Made by a program: the position numbers and the translations under genes. Below, piece by piece: positions 53,401 through 64,000 of a stretch of DNA of 64,000 bases. This DNA comes from Eledone cirrhosa. Lineage: Eukaryota. Where the stretch lies: assembly GCA_964016885.1 (NCBI GenBank), contig OZ024740.1, forward strand, positions 430,776,001 to 430,840,000, given 5' to 3'. Position 1 is the stretch's first letter; each line of letters begins with the position of its first letter. A model generated the notes under the pieces. The model searched no databases and was not told where the DNA came from. It saw only the letters and a program-made list of their open reading frames with translations.

Positions 53401-56400
53401 CACTTTACAGTGTGGTCTGGGTGCTTTTTGTTGTGTCACTTACATGACCACTTTACAGTGTGGACTGGGTGCTTTTTGTTGTGTCACCTACATGACCACT
53501 TTACAGTGTGGAATGGGTGCTTTTTGTTGTGTCACCTACATGATCACTTTACAGTGTGGAATGGGTGCTTTTTGTTGTGTCACCTACATGACCATTTTAC
53601 AGTGTGGAATGGGTGCTTTTTGTTGTGTCACCTACATGATCACTTTACAGTGTGGACTGGGTGCTTTTTTTTGTGTCAACTACATGACCACTTTACAGTG
53701 TGGTCTGGGTGCTTTTTGTTGTGTCACCTACATGACCACTTTACAGTGTGGAATGGGTGCTTTTTGTTGTGTCACCTACATGATCACTTTACAGTGTGGA
53801 ATGGGTGCTTTTTGTTGTGTCACCTACATGATCACTTTAGAGTATGGACTGGGTGCTTTTTGTTGTGTCACCTACATGATCACTTTACAGTGTGGAATGG
53901 GTGCTTTTTGTTGTGTCACCTACATGATCACTTTAGAGTATGGACTGGGTGCTTTTTGTTGTGTCACCTACATGATCACTTTACAGTGTGGAATGGGTGC
54001 TTTTTGTTGTGTCACCTACATGACCACTTTACAGTGTGGACTGGGTGCTTTTTGTTGTGTCACCTACATGATCACTTTACAATGTGGAATGGGTGCTTTT
54101 TGTTGTGTCACCTACATGACCACTTTACAGTGTGGAATGGGTGCTTTTTGTTGTGTCACCTACATGACCACTTTACAGTGTGGAATGGGTGCTTTTTGTT
54201 GTGTCACCTACATGATCACTTTACAGTATGGACTGGGTGCTTTTTGTTGTGTCACCTACATGATCACTTTACAGTGTGGAATGGGTGCTTTTTGTTGTGT
54301 CACCTACATGACCACTTTACAGTGTGGACTGGGTGCTTTTTGTTGTGTCACCTACATGATCACTTTACAATGTGGAATGGGTGCTTTTTGTTGTGTCACC
54401 TACATGACCACTTTACAGTGTGGAATGGGTGCTTTTTGTTGTGTCACCTACATGACCACTTTACAGTGTGGACTGGGTGCTTTTTGTTGTGTCACCTACA
54501 TGATCACTTTACAGTGTGGAATGGGTGCTTTTTGTTGTGTCACCTACATGACCACTTTACAGTGTGGACTGGGTGCTTTTTGTTGTGTAACCTACATGAC
54601 CACTTTACAGTGTGAAATGGGTGCTTTTTGTTGTGTCACCTACATGACCACTTTACAGTGTGGATTGGGTGCTTTTTGTTGTGTCACCTACATGACCACT
54701 TTACAGTGTGGAATGGGTGCTTTTTGTTGTGTCACCTACATGACCATTTTACAGTGTGGAATGGGTGCTTTTTGTTGTGTCACCTACATGATCACTTTAC
54801 AGTGTGGACTGGGTGCTTTTTTTGTGTCAACTACATGACCACTTTACAGTGTGGTCTGGGTGCTTTTTGTTGTGCCACCTACATGACCACTTTACAGTGT
54901 GGAATGGGTGCTTTTTGTTGTGTCACCTACATGATCACTTTACAGTGTGGAATGGGTGCTTTTTGTTGTGTCACCTACATGATCACTTTACAGTATGGAG
55001 TGGGTGCTTTTTGTTGTGTCACCTACATGATCACTTTACAGTGTGGAATGGGTGCTTTTTGTTGTGTCACCTACATGATCACTTTACAGTATGGACTGGG
55101 TGCTTTTTGTTGTGTCACCTACATGATCACTTTACAGTGTGGAATGGGTGCTTTTTGTTGTGTCACCTACATGACCACTTTACAGTGTGGACTGGGTGCT
55201 TTTTGTTGTGTCACCTACATGATCACTTTACAATGTGGAATGGGTGCTTTTTGTTGTGTCACCTACATGACCACTTTACAGTGTGGAATGGGTGCTTTTT
55301 GTTGTGTCACCTACATGACCACTTTACAGTGTGGACTGGGTGCTTTTTGTTGTGTCACCTACATGACCACTTTACAGTGTGGAATGGGTGCTTTTTGTTG
55401 TGTCACCTACATGATCACTTTACAGTGTGGTATGGGTGCTTTTTGTTGTGTCACCTACATGACCACTTTACAGTGTGGACTGGGTGCTTTTTGTTGTGTA
55501 ACCTACATGACAACTTTACAGTGTGAAATGGGTGCTTTTTGTTGTGTCACCTACATGACCACTTTACAGTGTGGAATGGGTGCTTTTTGTTGTGTCACCT
55601 ACATGACCACTTTACAGTGTAGACTGGGTGCTTTTTGTTGTGTCACCTACATGATCACTTTACAGTGTGGACTGGGTGCTTTTTGTTGTGCCAACTACAT
55701 GACCACTTTACAGTGTAGACTGGGTGCTTTTTGTTGTGTCACCTACATGACCACTTTACAGTGTGGTCTGGGTGCTTTTTGTTGTGTCACCTACATGACC
55801 ACTTTACAGTGTGGAATGGGTGATTTTTGTTGTGTCACCTACATGATCACTTTACAGTGTGGACTGGGTGCTTTTTGTTGTGTCACCTACATGACCACTT
55901 TACAGTGTAGACTGGGTGCTTTTTGTTGTGTCACCTACATGATCACTTTACAGTGTGGAATGGGTGCTTTTTGTTGTGTCACCTACATGACCACTTTACA
56001 GTGTGGACTGGGTGCTTTTTGTTGTGTCACCTACATGATCACTTTACAATGTGGAATGGGAGCTTTTTGTTGAGTCACCTACATGACCACTTTACAGTGT
56101 GGAATGGGTGCTTTTTGTTGTGTCACCTACATGACCACTTTACAGTGTGGACTGGGTGCTTTTTGTTGTGTCACCTACATGACCACTTTACAGTGTGGAA
56201 TGGGTGCTTTTTGTTGTGTCACCTACATGATCACTTTACAGTGTGGAATGGGTGCTTTTTGTTGTGTCACCTACATGACCACTTTACAGTGTGGACTGGG
56301 TGCTTTTTGTTGTGTAACCTACATGACCACTTTACAGTGTGAAATGGGTGCTTTTTGTTGTGTCACCTACATGACCACTTTACAGTGTGAAATGGGTGCT

Positions 56401-59400
56401 TTTTGTTGTGTCACCTACATGACCACTTTACAGTGTGGAATGGGTGCTTTTTGTTGTGTCACCTACATGATCACTTTACAGTGTGGACTGGGTGCTTTTT
56501 GTTGTGCCAACTACATGACCACTTTACAGTGTAGACTGGGTGCTTTTTGTTGTGTCACCTACATGACCACTTTACAGTGTGGACTGGGTGCTTTTTGTTG
56601 TGTCACCTACATGACCACTTTACAGTGTGGAATAGGTGCTTTTTGTTGTGTCACCTACATGATCACTTTACAGTGTGGACTGGGTGCTTTTTGTTGTGTC
56701 ACCTACATGACCACTTTACAGTGTGGACTGGGTGCTTTTTGTTGTGTCACTTACATGACCACTTTATGTGTGGACTGGGTGCTTTTTGTTGTGTCACCTA
56801 CATGATCACTTTACAGTGTGGACTGGGTGCTTTTTGTTGTGTCACCTACATGACCACTTTACAGTGTCGAATGGGTGCTTTTTGTTGTGTCACCTACATG
56901 ACCACTTTACAGTGTGGACTGGGTACTTTTTGTTGTGTCACCTACATGACCACTTTACAGTGTGAAATGGGTACTTTTTGTTGTGTCACCTACATGACCA
57001 CTTTACAGTGTGGAATGGGTGCTTTTTGTTGTGTCACCTACATGATCACTTTACAGTGTGGAATGGGTGCTTTTTGTTGTGTCACCTACATGACCACTTT
57101 ACAGTGTGGACTGGGTGCTTTTTGTTGTGTAACCTACATGACCACTTTACAGTGTGAAATGGGTGTTTTTTGTTGTGTAACCTACATGACCACTTTACAG
57201 TGTGGATTGGGTGCTTTTTGTTGTGTCACCTACATGACCACTTTACAGTGTGGAATGGGTGCTTTTTGTTGTGTCACCTACATGACCATTTTACAGTGTG
57301 GAATGGGTGCTTTTTGTTGTGTCACCTACATGACCACTTTACAGTGTAGACTGGGTGCTTTTTGTTGTGTCACCTACATGATCACTTTACAGTGTGGACT
57401 GGGTGCTTTTTGTTGTGCCAACTACATGACCACTTTACAGTGTAGACTGGGTGCTTTTTGTTGTGTCACCTACATGACCACTTTACAGTGTGGTCTGGGT
57501 GCTTTTTGTTGTGTCACCTACATGACCACTTTACAGTGTGGAATGGGTGCTTTTTGTTGTGTCACCTACATGATCACTTTACAGTGTGGACTGGGTGCTT
57601 TTTGTTGTGTCACCTACATGACCACTTTACAGTGTAGACTGGGTGCTTTTTGTTGTGTCACCTACATGATCACTTTACAGTGTGGAATGGGTGCTTTTTG
57701 TTGTGTCACCTACATGACCACTTTACAGTGTGGACTGGGTGCTTTTTTTTGTGTCAACTACATGACCACTTTACAGTGTGGTCTGGGTGCTTTTTGTTGT
57801 GTCACTTACATGACCACTTTACAGTGTGGACTGGGTGCTTTTTGTTGTGTCACCTACATGACCACTTTACAGTGTGGAATGGGTGCTTTTTGTTGTGTCA
57901 CCTACATGATCACTTTACAGTGTGGAATGGGTGCTTTTTGTTGTGTCACCTACATGATCACTTTACAGTGTGGACTGGGTGCTTTTTTTTGTGTCAACTA
58001 CATGACCACTTTACAGTGTGGTCTGGGTGCTTTTTGTTGTGTCACTTACATGACCACTTTACAGTGTGGACTGGGTGCTTTTTGTTGTGTCACCTACATG
58101 ACCACTTTACAGTGTGGAATGGGTGCTTTTTGTTGTGTCACCTACATGATCACTTTACAGTGTGGAATGGGTGCTTTTTGTTGTGTCACCTACATGACCA
58201 TTTTACAGTGTGGAATGGGTGCTTTTTGTTGTGTCACCTACATGATCACTTTACAGTGTGGACTGGGTGCTTTTTTTTGTGTCAACTACATGACCACTTT
58301 ACAGTGTGGTCTGGGTGCTTTTTGTTGTGTCACCTACATGACCACTTTACAGTGTGGAATGGGTGCTTTTTGTTGTGTCACCTACATGATCACTTTACAG
58401 TGTGGAATGGGTGCTTTTTGTTGTGTCACCTACATGATCACTTTAGAGTATGGACTGGGTGCTTTTTGTTGTGTCACCTACATGATCACTTTACAGTGTG
58501 GAATGGGTGCTTTTTGTTGTGTCACCTACATGATCACTTTACAGTATGGACTGGGTGCTTTTTGTTGTGTCACCTACATGATCACTTTACAGTGTGGAAT
58601 GGGTGCTTTTTGTTGTGTCACCTACATGACCACTTTACAGTGTGGACTGGGTGCTTTTTGTTGTGTCACCTACATGATCACTTTACAATGTGGAATGGGT
58701 GCTTTTTGTTGTGTCACCTACATGACCACTTTACAGTGTGGAATGGGTGCTTTTTGTTGTGTCACCTACATGACCACTTTACAGTGTGGACTGGGTGCTT
58801 TTTGTTGTGTCACCTACATGATCACTTTACAGTGTGGAATGGGTGCTTTTTGTTGTGTCACCTACATGACCACTTTACAGTGTGGACTGGGTGCTTTTTG
58901 TTGTGTAACCTACATGACCACTTTACAGTGTGAAATGGGTGCTTTTTGTTGTGTCACCTACATGACCACTTTACAGTGTGAAATGGGTGCTTTTTGTTGT
59001 GCCACCTACATGACCACTTTACAGTGTGGAATGGGTGCTTTTTGTTGTGTCACCTACATGATCACTTTACAGTGTGGAATGGGTGCTTTTTGTTGTGTCA
59101 CCTACATGATCACTTTACAGTATGGAGTGGGTGCTTTTTGTTGTGTCACCTACATGATCACTTTACAGTGTGGAATGGGTGCTTTTTGTTGTGTCACCTA
59201 CATGATCACTTTACAGTATGGACTGGGTGCTTTTTGTTGTGTCACCTACATGATCACTTTACAGTGTGGAATGGGTGCTTTTTGTTGTGTCACCTACATG
59301 ACCACTTTACAGTGTGGACTGGGTGCTTTTTGTTGTGTCACCTACATGATCACTTTACAATGTGGAATGGGTGCTTTTTGTTGTGTCACCTACATGACCA

Positions 59401-62400
59401 CTTTACAGTGTGGAATGGGTGCTTTTTGTTGTGTCACCTACATGACCACTTTACAGTGTGGACTGGGTGCTTTTTGTTGTGTCACCTACATGATCACTTT
59501 ACAATGTGGAATGGGAGCTTTTTGTTGAGTCACCTACATGACCACTTTACAGTGTGGAATGGGTGCTTTTTGTTGTGTCACCTACATGACCACTTTACAG
59601 TGTGGACTGGGTGCTTTTTGTTGTGTCACCTACATGACCACTTTACAGTGTGGAATGGGTGCTTTTTGTTGTGTCACCTACATGATCACTTTACAGTGTG
59701 GAATGGGTGCTTTTTGTTGTGTCACCTACATGATCACTTTACAGTGTGGACTGGGTGCTTTTTGTTGTGCCAACTACATGACCACTTTACAGTGTAGACT
59801 GGGTGCTTTTTGTTGTGTCACCTACATGACCACTTTACAGTGTGGACTGGGTGCTTTTTGTTGTGTCACCTACATGACCACTTTACAGTGTGGAATAGGT
59901 GCTTTTTGTTGTGTCACCTACATGATCACTTTACAGTGTGGACTGGGTGCTTTTTGTTGTGTCACCTACATGACCACTTTACAGTGTGGACTGGGTGCTT
60001 TTTGTTGTGTCACTTACATGACCACTTTATGTGTGGACTGGGTGCTTTTTGTTGTGTCACCTACATGATCACTTTACAGTGTGGACTGGGTGCTTTTTGT
60101 TGTGTCACCTACATGATCACTTTACAGTGTGGAATGGGTGCTTTTTGTTGTGTCACCTACATGATCACTTTACAGTATGGACTGGGTGCTTTTTGTTGTG
60201 TCACCTACATGATCACTTTACAGTGTGGAATGGGTGCTTTTTGTTGTGTCACCTACATGACCACTTTACAGTGTGGACTGGGTGCTTTTTGTTGTGTCAC
60301 CTACATGATCACTTTACAATGTGGAATGGGTGCTTTTTGTTGTGTCACCTACATGACCACTTTACAGTGTGGAATGGGTGCTTTTTGTTGTGTCACCTAC
60401 ATGACCACTTTACAGTGTGGACTGGGTGCTTTTTGTTGTGTCACCTACATGACCACTTTACAGTGTGGAATGGGTGCTTTTTGTTGTGTCACCTACATGA
60501 TCACTTTACAGTGTGGTATGGGTGCTTTTTGTTGTGTCACCTACATGACCACTTTACAGTGTGGACTGGGTGCTTTTTGTTGTGTAACCTACATGACAAC
60601 TTTACAGTGTGAAATGGGTGCTTTTTGTTGTGTCACCTACATGACCACTTTACAGTGTGGAATGGGTGCTTTTTGTTGTGTCACCTACATGACCACTTTA
60701 CAGTGTAGACTGGGTGCTTTTTGTTGTGTCACCTACATGATCACTTTACAGTGTGGACTGAGTGCTTTTTGTTGTGCCAACTACATGACCACTTTACAGT
60801 GTAGACTGGGTGCTTTTTGTTGTGTCACCTACATGACCACCTTACAGTGTGGTCTGGGTGCTTTTTGTTGTGTCACCTACATGACCACTTTACAGTGTGG
60901 AATGGGTGCTTTTTGTTGTGTCACCTACATGATCACTTTACAGTGTGGACTGGGTGCTTTTTGTTGTGTCACCTACATGACCACTTTACAGTGTAGACTG
61001 GGTGCTTTTTTTTGTGTCACCTACATGACCAATTTACAGTGTGGACTGGGTGCTTTTTGTTGTGTCACCTACATGATCACTTTACAGTGTGGACTGGGTG
61101 CTTTTTTTTGTGTCAACTACATGACCACTTAACAGTGTGGACTGGGTGCTTTTTGTTGTGTCACCTACATGATCACTTTACAGTGTGGAATGGGTGCTTT
61201 TTGTTGTGTCACCTACATGATCACTTTACAATGTGGAATGGGTGCTTTTTGTTGTGTCACCTACATGACCACTTTACAGTGTGGAATGGGTGCTTTTTGT
61301 TGTGTCACCTACATGACCACTTTACAGTGTGGACTGGGTGCTTTTTGTTGTGTCACCTACATGATCACTTTACAATGTGGAATGGGAGCTTTTTGTTGAG
61401 TCACCTACATGACCACTTTACAGTGTGGAATGGGTGCTTTTTGTTGTGTCACCTACATGACCACTTTACAGTGTGGACTGGGTGCTTTTTGTTGTGTCAC
61501 CTACATGACCACTTTACAGTGTGGAATGGGTGCTTTTTGTTGTGTCACCTACATGATCACTTTACAGTGTGGAATGGGTGCTTTTTGTTGTGTCACCTAC
61601 ATGATCACTTTACAGTGTGGACTGGGTGCTTTTTGTTGTGCCAACTACATGACCACTTTACAGTGTAGACTGGGTGCTTTTTGTTGTGTCACCTACATGA
61701 CCACTTTACAGTGTGGACTGGGTGCTTTTTGTTGTGTCACCTACATGACCACTTTACAGTGTGGAATAGGTGCTTTTTGTTGTGTCACCTACATGATCAC
61801 TTTACAGTGTGGACTGGGTGCTTTTTGTTGTGTCACCTACATGACCACTTTACAGTGTGGACTGGGTGCTTTTTGTTGTGTCACTTACATGACCACTTTA
61901 TGTGTGGACTGGGTGCTTTTTGTTGTGTCACCTACATGATCACTTTACAGTGTGGACTGGGTGCTTTTTGTTGTGTCACCTACATGATCACTTTACAGTG
62001 TGGAATGGGTGCTTTTTGTTGTGTCACCTACATGATCACTTTACAGTATGGACTGGGTGCTTTTTGTTGTGTCACCTACATGATCACTTTACAGTGTGGA
62101 ATGGGTGCTTTTTGTTGTGTCACCTACATGACCACTTTACAGTGTGGACTGGGTGCTTTTTGTTGTGTCACCTACATGATCACTTTACAATGTGGAATGG
62201 GTGCTTTTTGTTGTGTCACCTACATGACCACTTTACAGTGTGGAATGGGTGCTTTTTGTTGTGTCACCTACATGACCACTTTACAGTGTGGACTGGGTGC
62301 TTTTTGTTGTGTCACCTACATGACCACTTTACAGTGTGGAATGGGTGCTTTTTGTTGTGTCACCTACATGATCACTTTACAGTGTGGTATGGGTGCTTTT

Positions 62401-64000
62401 TGTTGTGTCACCTACATGACCACTTTACAGTGTGGACTGGGTGCTTTTTGTTGTGTAACCTACATGACAACTTTACAGTGTGAAATGGGTGCTTTTTGTT
62501 GTGTCACCTACATGACCACTTTACAGTGTGGAATGGGTGCTTTTTGTTGTGTCACCTACATGACCACTTTACAGTGTAGACTGGGTGCTTTTTGTTGTGT
62601 CACCTACATGATCACTTTACAGTGTGGACTGAGTGCTTTTTGTTGTGCCAACTACATGACCACTTTACAGTGTAGACTGGGTGCTTTTTGTTGTGTCACC
62701 TACATGACCACCTTACAGTGTGGTCTGGGTGCTTTTTGTTGTGTCACCTACATGACCACTTTACAGTGTGGAATGGGTGCTTTTTGTTGTGTCACCTACA
62801 TGATCACTTTACAGTGTGGACTGGGTGCTTTTTGTTGTGTCACCTACATGACCACTTTACAGTGTAGACTGGGTGCTTTTTTTTGTGTCACCTACATGAC
62901 CAATTTACAGTGTGGACTGGGTGCTTTTTGTTGTGTCACCTACATGATCACTTTACAGTGTGGACTGGGTGCTTTTTTTTGTGTCAACTACATGACCACT
63001 TAACAGTGTGGTCTGGGCGCTTTTTGTTGTGTCACCTCCATGACCACTTTACAGTGTGGAATGGGTGCTTTTTGTTGTGTCACCTACATGATCACTTTAC
63101 AGTGTGGAATGGGTGCTTTTTGTTGTGTCACCTACATGATCACTTTACAGTATGGACTGGGTGCTTTTTGTTGTGTCACCTACATGACCACTTTACAGTG
63201 TGGACTGGGTGCTTTTTGTTGTGTCACCTACATGATCACTTTACAATGTGGAATGGGAGCTTTTTGTTGAGTCACCTACATGACCACTTTACAGTGTGAA
63301 ATGGGTGCTTTTTGTTGTGTCACCTACATGACCACTTTACAGTGTGAAATGGGTGCTTTTTGTTGTGTCACCTACATGACCACTTTACAGTGTGGAATGG
63401 GTGCTTTTTGTTGTGTCACCTACATGATCACTTTACAGTGTGGAGTGGGTGCTTTTTGTTGTGCCAACTACATGACCACTTTACAGTGTAGACTGGGTGC
63501 TTTTTGTTGTGTCACCTACATGACCACTTTACAGTGTGGACTGGGTACTTTTTGTTGTGTCACCTACATGACCACTTTACAGTGTGGAATAGGTGCTTTT
63601 TGTTGTGTCACCTACATGATCACTTTACAGTGTGGACTGGGTGCTTTTTGTTGTGTCACCTACATGACCACTTTACAGTGTGGACTGGGTGCTTTTTGTT
63701 GTGTCACTTACATGACCACTTTATGTGTGGACTGGGTGCTTTTTGTTGTGTCACCTACATGATCACTTTACAGTGTGGACTGGGTGCTTTTTGTTGTGTC
63801 ACCTACATGACCACTTTACAGTGTCGAATGGGTGCTTTTTGTTGTGTCACCTACATGACCACTTTACAGTGTGGACTGGGTACTTTTTGTTGTGTCACCT
63901 ACATGACCACTTTACAGTGTGAAATGGGTACTTTTTGTTGTGTCACCTACATGATCACTTTACAGTGTGGAATGGGTGCTTTTTGTTGTGTCACCTACAT
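41408..64000. repeat. 48-bp satellite array (about 470 monomers, continues past window end), consensus CACTTTACAGTGTGGA(C/A)TGGGTGCTTTTTGTTGTGTCACCTACATGA(C/T)
   Basis: Directly visible 48-bp period, highly homogeneous, with recurrent variant monomers. Confidence 0.98.

Noticed and set aside
41297-63922. Very long Cys/His-rich ORFs (up to 1194 aa; CFLLCHLHDHFTVWTG and GAFCCVTYMTTLQCGL repeats) resembling metal-binding proteins
   Set aside because: The 48-bp monomer is a multiple of 3 and happens to lack stops in two frames. Frames swap at indels, there are no unique N- or C-terminal domains, and the unit derives from the antisense of a LINE UTR.
41408-64000. Possible CRISPR-like array
   Set aside because: Monomers are contiguous with no unique spacers, there are no cas genes, and the context is eukaryotic.

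Overview
AT-rich eukaryotic repeat DNA with no recognisable host gene, CRISPR array or rRNA. The repeat repertoire resembles that of cephalopods/molluscs, but this taxonomic call is inference. The first 16 kb holds four Penelope-like retroelements (PLEs; RT, with a C-terminal GIY-YIG endonuclease visible in three) embedded in (TA)n tracts. Two show inverted pseudo-LTRs, and several carry minimal hammerhead-ribozyme motifs. The window also contains many copies of RTE-clade LINEs, including one family with a C4HC3 PHD finger inside the RT region, plus CR1-type 3' fragments, tRNA-derived SINE pieces and a palindromic MITE. A 22-bp satellite (about 19.5-32.5 kb) is split by a near-intact 3.3-kb RTE with a target-site duplication. 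A 48-bp satellite of more than 22 kb (41.4 kb to the window end) grows directly out of an RTE 3' UTR and shows higher-order structure. The long Ile/Tyr and Cys/His ORFs in the track are artefacts of repeats.
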